Positions 8,705 to 18,728 of a DNA stretch of 64,000 bases are shown piece after piece. The stretch covers positions 1 to 64,000 of the forward strand of contig JBBQSO010000001.1 of NCBI GenBank assembly GCA_038213805.1. The letters run 5' to 3'. Made by a program: the position numbers and the translations under genes. Source of the stretch: Planctomycetota bacterium (GTDB lineage: Bacteria > Planctomycetota > UBA11346). The notes beneath the pieces are model-generated. The model searched no databases and was not told where the DNA came from. It was given only the letters and a program-made list of their open reading frames with translations. The stretch's first letter is position 1; every line of letters begins with the position of its first letter.

Positions 8705-11700
8705 GTGCCCACCGCCCCCCTGCTGCGCGCCACGTCGAACCATCCGCTGGCGCTGCGTGCCCTGGCCTGCACCACGCTACTCGTGGCTGTAACCGGCGCG
8801 CGCGGCGCCGACGCCATCCCCACCGCCCACGAACCCAGCGGCGAGCCCGGCTTCGTCAAGGTCGAGCTGCCCAAGGAGGCCGAATACCTGAAAACCCTCG
8901 CCCTCGACAAGGGCCTGGAGGCGAATGTGTGGACGGTCGGGCCGGAGCTGGCCAACACCGTGGCCATCGACCTCGACTTCCGCAACCGCCTCTACGCGGC
9001 GCAGACCTGGCGCTTCCGCCTCGGTGGCGTCCTCGACGTGCGCGAGCATCTCTACCTCTACCGCGATGACCTCAAGAACCACACCAGCGCCGACCGCCTG
9101 GCGATGATCACCAAGTGGGCATCCCAGGGCAAGCTGCCGCTCGACGTCTACACGCGTTACTCGGAACGCGTCACCTGGGCCGAGGACCGCGCCGGCAGCG
9201 GCCGGGCCGACACCTTCAAAATCTTCGCCGAGGGCTTCAATGGCCCGCTCGACGGCACCGCCGCGGGCATCCTGGTCACCGACCCGACCACGGTGTGGTT
9301 CTCGTGCATCCCGGCGATCACCAAGCTCAGTGACAACACCGGCACGGGCGTGGCCGACGCGCGCACCGTGATCAGCGATGGCTACGGCCCGCGCTTCAGC
9401 CTCAGCGGCCACGATCTGCACGGCCTGGTGCGCGGTCCGGACGGGCGCGTCTACTGGTCGGTCGGCGACCGCGGCTACAGCGTCACCGGGCAGGAGGGCC
9501 AGGCCTTCGCCGATAACATGGCGGGCGCGGTGTTCCGCTCCGAGCTCGACGGCAGCGGACTCGAACTGTATTACATCGGATTGCGCAATCCCGAAGAGCT
9601 GGCATTCAACGCCGACGGCGACCTCTTTACCGTCGACAACAACGCCGACATGGGGGACGAGGCGCGCGTCTCCTGGCTGCTCGAGGGCGGCGACAGCGGC
9701 TGGCAGGCCGGCTGGCAGCTGCTGCAGAGCGCGTCGTTCGCCAAGACCGCCGGCCTGGCCGGCCCGCAGCCCGACCCGTGGTTGGACGAGGGCCTGTGGA
9801 AGATCCGCCACCAGGGCCAGCCCGCCTACGTGCTGCCGCCTGCCGGCTACTGCACCAGTGGCCCGTGCGGCGTCGCCTACTTCCCGAGCAGTGGCTGGGC
9901 GCCCTCCGACCAGGGCCGCTTCCTGGTCTGCGACTACCGCGGCGGTTTCAATTCCGGCATCTGGTCGTTCGGCGTCACCCAGAAGGGCGCGACCTATGCC
10001 GTCACCGACACCACCAAGTTCGTGTTCAACACCCCGGCCACCGACGTCGCCTTCGGCTACGACGGGCGGCTCTATATCAGCGAATACCTCAGCCAGTGGT
10101 GCGTCGGCGACCAGGGCCGCATCCTCACCGTGACCCGCCCGGAATTCGCCGGCAGCGCCGCGGTCACGGACGTCAAAGCGCTGTTCGCCGCCGGTTTCGG
10201 CCGGCGCAGCGACGCCGAACTGGCGACGCTGCTTGCGCACGATGACCTGCGCGTGCGCCAGCAGGCCCAGTTCGCGCTCGTCGGCCACCGCCAGGGCTAC
10301 CAGACGCTGCTCGACGCCGCGACCTCGGCGCGGGACGTGCGGGCCCGCCTGCACGGCATCTGGGGCATCGGCCAGCTCGGACGCGTGCAGGCGAAGGAGA
10401 CGGCCGCGCTGCTGGCCAAGGATCCCAAGGCGGAGCTTGGCGAAGCGCTGCTCGCGCCGTTGGTGCGGTTGCTGCGCGACCGCGAGCCGCGCGTGCGCGA
10501 GCAGGCCGCCAAGGTGCTCGGCGACGATCGCTACGCGCCGGCCGGTGAGCGCCTGGTGCGCGCCCTGCGCGACGACAGCGCGCGCGTGCGCAGCTTCGCC
10601 GCCATCGCCCTCGGCCGTCTGCGGTTCGCCGACGCGGTACCGGGCCTGGTGCGGCTGCTCGCCGAGAACGACGACGTCGACGCCGGCCTGCGCCACGCCG
10701 GGGTCATGGGCCTGGTCGGCTGTTCCACACCGGCCGAGCTCGCCGGACTGGTCGGCGATCGCCGCCACGCGGTGCGCCTGGGCGCGCTGCTGGCGATGCG
10801 CCGCCGGCACGACGCGCGGATCGCCGCCTTTCTCGACGATCCCGCCGCTGACATCTGGGCCGAGGCGGTGCGCGCGATCTACGACCTGCCCATCGCCGAC
10901 GCCATGCCGGCGCTGATCGCGCACTTCGGCCAGCCGGTGCCGGCCGGCCTGCCCGACAAGGCCACGCATCTGCTCGCCCTGCGCTTGATCCACGCCGCCG
11001 CGCGCCACGGCGACGACGCCTGCGCGCAGCGCCTGGCCGGATATGCGGCCGGAACCGCGGGCACGCCCGAGCTGCGCGCCGCGGCGCTGGCGACCCTGCT
11101 GACCTGGAACCACCCCAACAGCATCGATCCGGTGCTGGGCAGGTACCGCCCCGCGCTGCTGCGCGACAAGCCCCTCGATACCGCCGCGCTGAAGGACGCG
11201 GTGCTGCGCATCGTCGCGCGTGGCGAAAACGAGTCGCTGGGTACCGCGGTGATCCTCGCCAACCAGGCGGGCTTCCCGCTCGATGACCACACCCTGCTCG
11301 CCATCGTCGACAACACCGTGCTGCCCGCGGCGGTGCGCATCGAAGGCCTGCACCAGCTGGTCGCGCGCGCCAACGCCGACGTGCGTGGCCGTCTCGACCG
11401 CCTGCTGCGCGACGACCAGGCCGAGGTGCGCAACGCCGCCTTCGACGCGCTGGCCAGTTTCGACCAGTCCGCCAGCGTCCAGGCCGCTGGGCGCATCCTC
11501 GACGGCGGCATCGGTGCGAACCCGGTTTCGGTGATCACCGAGCGGGTCGATGGGGACTGGAGCGAACTCGGCATCCACGCCCCGGCTCTCAAGCCGCTGA
11601 CCAGCGACAGCAGCCCGCTGCTGGGCGCGGTGGTGCGCTGGGTGCCCGGCTTCACGCCGCCGCACAAGGACGCCGGCGCGGTCGACGGCACCCTGCCGCG

Positions 11701-13378
11701 CCTGCTCGACGACCAGCTGCCGGCGAACGACGACGACCCCGCCCACAGCACCTTCTTCGACGGCGGCGAGAGCCGCTTCGTGCTCGACCTGCAGCGCTCC
11801 ATCGAGGTGGCGCGCATCGCCACCTATTCGTGGCACAAGGCCGAGCGCGCCGCGCAGCAGTTCGTGCTCTACGGCGCCGACGGCGCGACCATGCCCGATC
11901 CCGCCAGCGGCACTCTGGGCGGCTGGACGCGCATCGCGCGCATCGACACCACTGGCCAGCAGGCCGGCGGCAAGCAGGCCAGCTGCGTGCTGGCCAACGC
12001 CGCCAGCATGGGCAGGTACCGCTGGCTGCTGTGGCAGAACCTCGCGCACGGCGCCGGAACCTTCTATGCCAAGCTCAACGTCTTCGCCGCCGGCCGGCCG
12101 TTGCCAGGGGTGGTGCGCGTGATCGCGGCGCGCACCGCTGGCGAATGGAGCGAGCTGCCCATGGGCGCACCAGCCGACGGCGATGACGCTGCCGGCAAGA
12201 GCGTGACCTGGGTGGCCGGCGCCAAACTGGTCGGTCCGCACCCCGACGCGGGCGCCCAGGGCCAGATGCTGCCGCGCCTGACCGCCGGCGTACTGCCGAC
12301 GAACGATGACGACACCCTGCACAGCACGTGGCTGGACGGCGGCGAAAGCCGCTTCGTACTCGACCTGCTGCAGCCGACCGCGCTCGCCCGCATCAGCACC
12401 TATTCCTGGCACAAGGACGAGCGCGCCGGCCAGCACTACGCGCTGTGGGGAGCGGACAGCCAGCACCAGCCCGACGCCGCCGGCGAGGATCTGTGGAAGA
12501 GCGGCTGGAAGCGCTTCGCCCAGGTCGACACCGGCTGGCTCGGCAAGGGCGGCAAGCAGGGCAGCGCGGTGGTGGGCGTCAGCGGCGATCTTGGCACGTG
12601 GCGCTGGGTGCTGTGGCAGAACCTCGACCGCAAACCGCTGACCGGGACATTCTATACCCGGCTCAACGTCTTCGCGGTCGGCACCACGGTACCGGCCATC
12701 GCCAGCGCGCCCGACCGCGTGCAGCTCCAGGCGAAACAGCATGTCGTACTCGCGCTCGGCAAGGATCCCTCCCCGGCGGCCGCCGCACTGCTCGGCACCT
12801 GGGTCGACCGCCTGGTCGCGGGCGAGGCGCCGCCGACGCTCGCCCTGGAATTGCGCGATGCCGCCAAGGCGCGCAGCGAGCCGTCGTTCGCCGCAGCGCT
12901 GGCCAGACTCAGCGCCGCGCTGCCGGCAGGCGACCCCCTCGCGCCGTTCCGCATCGCCTTGGCCGGTGGCGACGCGGAGCGTGGCCGCGACGTCTTCCGT
13001 CAGCACGCCGCGCAGTGCATCCGCTGCCACGCCGTCGACGGCGACGGCGGCAACGTCGGGCCGGAGATGCGCGGCGTCGCCAATCGCCTCAGCCGCGAGC
13101 GCATTCTCGAGTCGCTGATCGTGCCCAACGCCGTGGTCGCCCCCGGCTTCGGCACGGCCTCGGCGACGCTGACCGACGGCGGTTCGGTGAGCGGCGTGTG
13201 GCTGGGGCAGACCGCCACCGAGGTGGTCATCCGCCCGGCCGGCGCAAAAGAGGTGCACATCCCCCTCGCCCAGGTCGCCAAGCTCACCCCGCCCATCTCG
13301 CCGATGCCCCCGATGGGCGGCATGCTGAACGCCTATGAGTTGCGCGACGTCCTGGCGTTCCTGAACTCCCTGCGTTGA
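8705..13378 (+). CDS. PVC-type membrane-bound dehydrogenase / haem-binding CxxCH protein: beta-propeller, HEAT repeats, two inserted beta-sandwich domains, C-terminal cytochrome c
   Basis: GHDLHGLVRGPDGRVYWSVGDRG, GLRNPEELAF; HEAT repeats (LLRDREPRVREQAAKVLG); GDAERGRDVF..CIRCH..GGNVGP; distal SPMPPM. Confidence 0.92.
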   Translation: MPTAPLLRATSNHPLALRALACTTLLVAVTGARGADAIPTAHEPSGEPGFVKVELPKEAEYLKTLALDKGLEANVWTVGPELANTVAIDLDFRNRLYAAQTWRFRLGGVLDVREHLYLYRDDLKNHTSADRLAMITKWASQGKLPLDVYTRYSERVTWAEDRAGSGRADTFKIFAEGFNGPLDGTAAGILVTDPTTVWFSCIPAITKLSDNTGTGVADARTVISDGYGPRFSLSGHDLHGLVRGPDGRVYWSVGDRGYSVTGQEGQAFADNMAGAVFRSELDGSGLELYYIGLRNPEELAFNADGDLFTVDNNADMGDEARVSWLLEGGDSGWQAGWQLLQSASFAKTAGLAGPQPDPWLDEGLWKIRHQGQPAYVLPPAGYCTSGPCGVAYFPSSGWAPSDQGRFLVCDYRGGFNSGIWSFGVTQKGATYAVTDTTKFVFNTPATDVAFGYDGRLYISEYLSQWCVGDQGRILTVTRPEFAGSAAVTDVKALFAAGFGRRSDAELATLLAHDDLRVRQQAQFALVGHRQGYQTLLDAATSARDVRARLHGIWGIGQLGRVQAKETAALLAKDPKAELGEALLAPLVRLLRDREPRVREQAAKVLGDDRYAPAGERLVRALRDDSARVRSFAAIALGRLRFADAVPGLVRLLAENDDVDAGLRHAGVMGLVGCSTPAELAGLVGDRRHAVRLGALLAMRRRHDARIAAFLDDPAADIWAEAVRAIYDLPIADAMPALIAHFGQPVPAGLPDKATHLLALRLIHAAARHGDDACAQRLAGYAAGTAGTPELRAAALATLLTWNHPNSIDPVLGRYRPALLRDKPLDTAALKDAVLRIVARGENESLGTAVILANQAGFPLDDHTLLAIVDNTVLPAAVRIEGLHQLVARANADVRGRLDRLLRDDQAEVRNAAFDALASFDQSASVQAAGRILDGGIGANPVSVITERVDGDWSELGIHAPALKPLTSDSSPLLGAVVRWVPGFTPPHKDAGAVDGTLPRLLDDQLPANDDDPAHSTFFDGGESRFVLDLQRSIEVARIATYSWHKAERAAQQFVLYGADGATMPDPASGTLGGWTRIARIDTTGQQAGGKQASCVLANAASMGRYRWLLWQNLAHGAGTFYAKLNVFAAGRPLPGVVRVIAARTAGEWSELPMGAPADGDDAAGKSVTWVAGAKLVGPHPDAGAQGQMLPRLTAGVLPTNDDDTLHSTWLDGGESRFVLDLLQPTALARISTYSWHKDERAGQHYALWGADSQHQPDAAGEDLWKSGWKRFAQVDTGWLGKGGKQGSAVVGVSGDLGTWRWVLWQNLDRKPLTGTFYTRLNVFAVGTTVPAIASAPDRVQLQAKQHVVLALGKDPSPAAAALLGTWVDRLVAGEAPPTLALELRDAAKARSEPSFAAALARLSAALPAGDPLAPFRIALAGGDAERGRDVFRQHAAQCIRCHAVDGDGGNVGPEMRGVANRLSRERILESLIVPNAVVAPGFGTASATLTDGGSVSGVWLGQTATEVVIRPAGAKEVHIPLAQVAKLTPPISPMPPMGGMLNAYELRDVLAFLNSLR

Positions 13379-13595
13379 GCCGACCTCTGATGGAGATGAT
13401 AGAACCGACAGGACGCCAAGAGGCCAAGTTCTCGAGGAATGGCCCAACGGCTCCATCCCATGCCGGTATACAGACCGCCTGGGGATGAGCCCTACCGACC
13501 CTCTTTGGGAGCTTGGCGTCTTACCCGTCCTCTCCTTCCCCGCTCTTCATGCCCAACCCGCATCACCACCGTATTCCCTGAAAGGGACCCTCCGC

Positions 13596-14456
13596 ATGCT
13601 CAAGAAACTCGCACTCCTCCTTGCCGCCGCGTGTCTGTGCTCCGGCGCCGCCACGGCCGCCGATTCCACGCGCAATGACAAGGCCGCCGAGAAGCTCGGC
13701 TGGATGCTTGGCGTCCAGTGCTGGACCTTCCGCGCCAAGACCCTGTTCGAGACCATCGAACTCGCCCACGAGCTCGGCCTCAAGTACATCGAGACCTACC
13801 CTGGTCAGAAGCTTGGCGACGGCACCGACGCCAAGAACGAACCCGGCATGAGCGCCGAGAGCACCAAGGCGCTGCACGCGCAACTCGACAAGTTCGGCGT
13901 CAAGATCATGGCCTGCGGCGTGATCGGCATCCCCAAGGACGAAGCCGGCGCGCGCAAGGTCTTCGACTACGCCAAGGAGTTCGGCCTGCGCAGCATCACC
14001 ACCGAGGCCGGCGAGGACGCCTTCGACACCATCGACAAGCTGATCAAGGAGTACGGCGTCAAGGTCGGCATCCACGAACACGCCAAGCCCAACCACTACT
14101 GGCACCCCGAGATCGTGCTCAAGGGCATCATGGGCCACAGCGCCGACCTCGGCGCTTGCGCCGATATCGGCCACTGGGGCCGCTCGGGTCTGAGCGCGGT
14201 GGAATGCGTCCAGCAGCTCAAGGGCCACATCGTCAGCCTGCATCTCAAGGACATCGAGAAGGTCGGCGAGCACAGCCGCGACGTGCCGCTCGGCACCGGC
14301 GGCACCAAGCCCGGCGAGGTCCTCGCCGAACTCAAGAAGCAGGGCTTCAAGGGTCTCTTCTCGCTCGAGTACGAGCACGAGGGCCCGATGCTGGTCGACG
14401 AGGTGAAGGCGTGCATCACGTACTTCGATCAGCAGGCCGAGGCACTGGCGAAGTAA
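13596..14456 (+). CDS. Secreted sugar-phosphate isomerase/epimerase (xylose-isomerase-like TIM barrel)
   Basis: GVQCWTF, GLKYIE, HEH, ADIGHW, LHLKD and LEYE metal-ligand pattern; signal peptide. Confidence 0.9.
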   Translation: MLKKLALLLAAACLCSGAATAADSTRNDKAAEKLGWMLGVQCWTFRAKTLFETIELAHELGLKYIETYPGQKLGDGTDAKNEPGMSAESTKALHAQLDKFGVKIMACGVIGIPKDEAGARKVFDYAKEFGLRSITTEAGEDAFDTIDKLIKEYGVKVGIHEHAKPNHYWHPEIVLKGIMGHSADLGACADIGHWGRSGLSAVECVQQLKGHIVSLHLKDIEKVGEHSRDVPLGTGGTKPGEVLAELKKQGFKGLFSLEYEHEGPMLVDEVKACITYFDQQAEALAK

Positions 14457-14474
14457 TTCGCTTGATGGAAGCGC

Positions 14475-14536
14475 GGCGTGCCGTCTGCGGCACGCCACAT
14501 CACCGCCCGCGTCGTTTGACGCGGGCGGTTTCGTTT
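14475..14536 (+). terminator. Two hairpins between convergent genes; the second (12-bp stem) has a T-rich tail
   Basis: ggcgtgccg-tctg-cggcacgcc (14475-14496); accgcccgcgtc-gttt-gacgcgggcggt-ttcgttt (14502-14536). Confidence 0.7.
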
Positions 14537-14561
14537 GCTCAGATGAGGGCGACGCCCTGAG

Positions 14562-16223
14562 TCATGTGTGTGGATCCCCCGGCCCCGCTGGCTGAGCCGC
14601 GCCCGGCTCAGGGGGTGGCGCGGCCGGCCCCCCGGGCACCGCCGCGAGCGCGTCTGCCGGCGCGTCCGTCGCCACCGCCTCGCCCTTGCCCTTGCCCTTC
14701 AGCCCCTTCCGCGCCTCGCGCATCTTGCGCACGCTCTCCTGCACCGTCGCCTCCTTGCGCGACTCCTTGCGCGCGATCGTGATAAGCAGCGCGGCCATGC
14801 CGATAGCGATGGTGAAGACCACGAAGTTCAGCCACTTGAGGTCGTACTCGGCCGGCGGCGGCAGGCCCTGCCAGCCGGCGGTGACGAACAGGAAGGTGTA
14901 GGCGCGGTCGCTCTGGCGCATCACGTCGTTGGCCAGGTCGCGCTTGAAGTTGGACTCGACCTCGATCGCGCGCATGCGCAGGAAACGCCCGCTGGCGGTA
15001 ATGACGTCACCCGGCGCCGGCAGTGGCTGGTCGCTGATCGCTGCAATCTCGAACGCACGCAGCACCAGCTTGTTCAGCACCGTCTTCTTGCCGTTCTGAC
15101 CGATCTGCTCATAGGGTCCGTAGTCCTCGTTCCAGAGGATGGCGCGCACCACGCGCGGCACGCCGAAGGGGTGGTCCTTGGCGACGCCCTCGTCCTCCCA
15201 GGCATGGAAGACATGGCCTTTGATGGTGAAGGGCTGGCCGCGGAAAGCCTTGGGATCACCGTGGATGTCGCTGCCCTTGGCGTTGGCGCTGGGGGCATTG
15301 GCGTAGGCATTGCCATCGGCGATGTCGCGCAGCACGGTGCCGATGGTATTGTAATAGGGCCGTGTCTCGATCACCAGCAGGTTGTCATCGACATCCTGAT
15401 AGGTGTCGTCCGGCAGGCGCCAATCCTGGGTCAAGCGATAGGCGCTCTCGACCGTGGCCTCGGCCTTGGGGCGGGCGGCGGAACGCGCGATGAACAACGG
15501 CACCTCGACCGCCGGTTGGCCAGCAGCCGCGCCCGGCAGGTGCGCTGCACCCAGGTAGCGGCCCAGCACCTGGACCTCCTGACCGATGGCGAGATCGGTG
15601 GAGGCGTCGACCGGCACCAGGATCTCGGCGTGCTGGTGCGGCTCGAGCTCGATGAGCAGGCGCTGCCACTCGCGGTCGCCACCGGCCACGCTGGCGGTCT
15701 GTGCGTCCTCAAGGATGCCCGAGACCACCGCCGGCGCGCCGATGCGCGCGTGGCCCGTGACCAGGTCGCGCGCGACCAGGCGCTGAGGTACCGGCGGGCT
15801 GCGCTGGTCCTCGGCCAGCACCGCCTGCGCCCAGGCGAAGGCCGCCGCGTCTGGCTGGTCGATCCACACCTGCAGGGGCACGCTGCGTTTGGCGAGCTGC
15901 TCCTTCACCGCTTCCGCCTGCTCGGCCAGGGCCGCGGCGTCGGGCAGCACACCCACGCCATCGAGGGTCGGCCTCGCCATCGGCTTCAGCGCCAGCTCGG
16001 CGTGCAGCTGGTTGGCGTAGGGCGTCGCGCTCTTCTTGAGGTTTTCGACGAAACTCCACAACCCGTAGCCGCAGCCCACCGCCACGGCGAGCATGATGAT
16101 CAGGTGCAGCGCGCGCCGCCCCTTCATCCGGCCCTGCCCTTTGGCGCGTTCCAGCTCGACCCGGTCGAGGGTGAACAACGGGGTCTTGCGGGATTTCCTA
16201 GGGCTGGGGTCGAACATGGACAT
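14562..16223 (-). CDS. Hypothetical membrane protein: two TM helices around a large periplasmic region, possibly with two OB-fold-like units
   Basis: 553-aa ORF with genome-typical codon usage; TM segments near both ends; repeated G-x-P-x-x-[VI]-x-G pattern. Confidence 0.75.
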   Translation of the reverse strand: MSMFDPSPRKSRKTPLFTLDRVELERAKGQGRMKGRRALHLIIMLAVAVGCGYGLWSFVENLKKSATPYANQLHAELALKPMARPTLDGVGVLPDAAALAEQAEAVKEQLAKRSVPLQVWIDQPDAAAFAWAQAVLAEDQRSPPVPQRLVARDLVTGHARIGAPAVVSGILEDAQTASVAGGDREWQRLLIELEPHQHAEILVPVDASTDLAIGQEVQVLGRYLGAAHLPGAAAGQPAVEVPLFIARSAARPKAEATVESAYRLTQDWRLPDDTYQDVDDNLLVIETRPYYNTIGTVLRDIADGNAYANAPSANAKGSDIHGDPKAFRGQPFTIKGHVFHAWEDEGVAKDHPFGVPRVVRAILWNEDYGPYEQIGQNGKKTVLNKLVLRAFEIAAISDQPLPAPGDVITASGRFLRMRAIEVESNFKRDLANDVMRQSDRAYTFLFVTAGWQGLPPPAEYDLKWLNFVVFTIAIGMAALLITIARKESRKEATVQESVRKMREARKGLKGKGKGEAVATDAPADALAAVPGGPAAPPPEPGAAQPAGPGDPHT

Positions 16224-16421
16224 TCCCGGGTGCAGACGGCGTTCGGCAGGGTGAACGTGCGCGCGGCGCGCGGTTCACCGGCCGTTGGCCGATCCTCCGC
16301 AGGGTGTCCTGGACACAATGATCAGGGGGGCGCGGATGATGCAGCGGGTGAGCTACCCGGCATCCGGTGTTGTCGCCAAGGGACGTCAGTCCCACGCCGT
16401 GCGTCTACGTCCCGCGGTCGC

Positions 16422-16832
16422 TTACTTCCCGCCCGGCTTGTCCGTCCCCACGAAGGTCAGCGTCCTGGCCGGGCCCTTCTTGGGCGTGAAGGTGATGGTC
16501 CCGGTGACGTTGGCGCCGGAGACTTCGCCGGTGATCGCCACCGTCCCGCCGGTGTCGTCGGTCTGGGTGCCATCGAAGGTGATGGCCTTCTTCTTGGCCT
16601 TGAGGGTGTACGGCATCTTGCCGACCGTCTTGCTGGTCAGCTCCTTGTTGTTGAAGACCAGCCGGTCAGGCATCTCGCCGGCATCGCCTTTGACGGTGAG
16701 GGTGAAGGCACGGCCCGCGAGGGTCGGCTCAGCGGCGGCGGCGATCGGCGCGGCGCCGAGCAGCAGGGCCAGGGCCGCGAACAGCGCGAGCAGGGAGAGC
16801 GGTCGCACGGGCATAAAGGTGGTGGCGGTCAT
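16422..16832 (-). CDS. Small secreted Lys/Thr-rich beta-strand protein, unknown function
   Basis: AAGGA RBS; long signal peptide ending AAAA; amphipathic beta strands. Confidence 0.75.
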   Translation of the reverse strand: MTATTFMPVRPLSLLALFAALALLLGAAPIAAAAEPTLAGRAFTLTVKGDAGEMPDRLVFNNKELTSKTVGKMPYTLKAKKKAITFDGTQTDDTGGTVAITGEVSGANVTGTITFTPKKGPARTLTFVGTDKPGGK

Positions 16833-16893
16833 GGGCGGTCCTTGGCGTGGATGGAAGGTGGAATGGTAATGGCTGACTCTCGCCGGACGCGGC

Positions 16894-18126
16894 TCAGCGC
16901 TCGGCCGGGTGCGCCACCGGCTTGCGCTGGGGATCGGGCAGCTGGGCCTTGGGCCGTGTCGCGACCAGCAGGAGCGCGAGCAGCGGACCGTCCTTGGCGG
17001 CGTGGGCTTCGATGTGGTCGCCGGGATGAAGATCGCCGAGCGCGGCCTCGGTGCCGTCGAGGCGCACGCGCGTGGCCGGGTTGACCGCGATGGTGCGCAT
17101 GAGCTCACGGCCGGAGATGACGATGTTGGCGCTGTTACCGGTGCCCGTGGTGGGAAAGAACTTCAGCGTCCCGCGCAGGACACGCTCAGCGACGAGGGTG
17201 CGGCCATCGGCGCTGAACACACGCGCCTGGTCCGCCTCGACGATGACGTGCGGGTGGCCCGTGAACTCGACGCGCGCCTGTCCGGAGCGCACCGCCACCG
17301 CCAGGGTCTTGCCGCGGACGGGTGCGTGGTGCGTGCCGGGGTGGGTCAGCTCCCCTGCCGCGGCCATGACCTCGGCCTCCGTCACGGCGTCACCCGTCGC
17401 CGCCTCGCCGATGGTGGCGGTGAAGTTCGCCGCCTGGCCATCGCCGCTGCCGCTGACCGTGCCGCTCGCGGTCTCGACGCGCATCTTTCCCTGGGCACCG
17501 ACATGGAATTCGCCCTCTCCCGCGGCCAGCTGCACCACCTGGGCGCCGGTTGCGCGGTCGCGGCTGATGGTCCCGGCGCTGGCCGGCGCAAAGCCGGCGT
17601 CCGACGCGCCATCGAGACGGATGATGGCCGCGCGCCCGCCGGCGATGGTGAATCCCGCGCCGTCTGGCACGCGCTGCACCTCCTGATCGGCGACCACCAC
17701 GCTGCCCTGGATGACCTCGGGGGCGCCGCCACGGCCGGTCGCCAGCAGCAGGGCGCTGCACGCAACCAGCACCACGGCCGCGGCCGCACCGGCCCACAGC
17801 GCGCGCTGGCGGCGTCGTGCGGGTGTGCGCCGCGCGCTGGCGGGACGCAGGCGCACACTCGGGCGCAGGCCGCCTGTCGCCGCCTGTCCACGCACCCGCG
17901 CGATGAACGCAGCGGCCGGCTGCGCACCGACGACGTAGCGCACGCGGTTGGCGAACTCGCCGCGTTCGGGCTGATGCAGGCGCGCGAGCAGATCCTCCAT
18001 CCCGAGCTGCTCGCGCAGCCAGACGCACAGCTGCGGCTGCGCAGCGAGCAGGCTGAGCAGCGCCTCGGCCTCGGCCTCGTCGAGATCGTTGCGCCGTTCA
18101 AGATAGCTCAGCAGCAGGTCGTTCAT
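16894..18126 (-). CDS. FecR-domain transmembrane anti-sigma factor
   Basis: ATGA overlap with the ECF sigma; N-terminal helical domain, one TM, FecR-like QLAAGEGEFHV..MRVETASGTV..VAVRSG. Confidence 0.8.
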   Translation of the reverse strand: MNDLLLSYLERRNDLDEAEAEALLSLLAAQPQLCVWLREQLGMEDLLARLHQPERGEFANRVRYVVGAQPAAAFIARVRGQAATGGLRPSVRLRPASARRTPARRRQRALWAGAAAAVVLVACSALLLATGRGGAPEVIQGSVVVADQEVQRVPDGAGFTIAGGRAAIIRLDGASDAGFAPASAGTISRDRATGAQVVQLAAGEGEFHVGAQGKMRVETASGTVSGSGDGQAANFTATIGEAATGDAVTEAEVMAAAGELTHPGTHHAPVRGKTLAVAVRSGQARVEFTGHPHVIVEADQARVFSADGRTLVAERVLRGTLKFFPTTGTGNSANIVISGRELMRTIAVNPATRVRLDGTEAALGDLHPGDHIEAHAAKDGPLLALLLVATRPKAQLPDPQRKPVAHPAER

Positions 18127-18653
18127 GTGCCGGTCCCCTGCACCTGGCCCTGGACGCAGCGGCGCAGGGTCTCGCGCAGCCGCGCCAAAACCATGTGCAC
18201 CGCGCCGACGCTGCGGCCCTGCGCCGCGGCGATGTCGGCGGCCTGCCGACCGTCGCGGTAATAGCTCGCGAGCAGGTCGCGGTGCGGCGTAGCGAGGCGC
18301 TCCACGCACGTGCGCAGACGGTCGACGCGCGGCGCCGTTTCGGGCTCATCGGTCTCAGCGGCCGGCACCGCCGCGAGCAGATCGGCGATCGCCGCCAGGC
18401 TGCGCGGCTGGCGGGCGCGGCGGCGGAAATACTCGTGGCTACAATTGCGCGCGATGCCGCGCAGCCAGCGCAGCGGCTCGACGTCCGGCGGCATGCGCTC
18501 CGGCTGGCGCGCGAACACCAGGTAGACCTCCTGGGCCACGTCGTCGACCTCGTCCACCGGCACGCCCATGCCAGCGATGTGCGCACGGATGAGACCCTGG
18601 GTCTCGTGCAGGATGCGCACGAAGTGCGCCTCGGGTTCCGCGGGCTGGTCCAT
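18123..18653 (-). CDS. ECF RNA polymerase sigma-70 factor
   Basis: Region 2 VDDVAQEVYL..WLRGIARN; region 4 CVERL..RDLL..YY..IAA..GRSVGAVHMVLARLRETLRRCV. Confidence 0.93.
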   Translation of the reverse strand: MDQPAEPEAHFVRILHETQGLIRAHIAGMGVPVDEVDDVAQEVYLVFARQPERMPPDVEPLRWLRGIARNCSHEYFRRRARQPRSLAAIADLLAAVPAAETDEPETAPRVDRLRTCVERLATPHRDLLASYYRDGRQAADIAAAQGRSVGAVHMVLARLRETLRRCVQGQVQGTGT

Positions 18654-18728
18654 CGGTTCCTATGTCGGGATCGGGGTGCTACTAACGGTCGTTGTTGCCG
18701 AGGGAGCACAGGCGTGACTGCGGGGGCC

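Noticed and set aside
8777..13456. 1559-aa minus-strand ORF
   Set aside because: Antisense shadow of the CxxCH protein, expected from high-GC codon bias.
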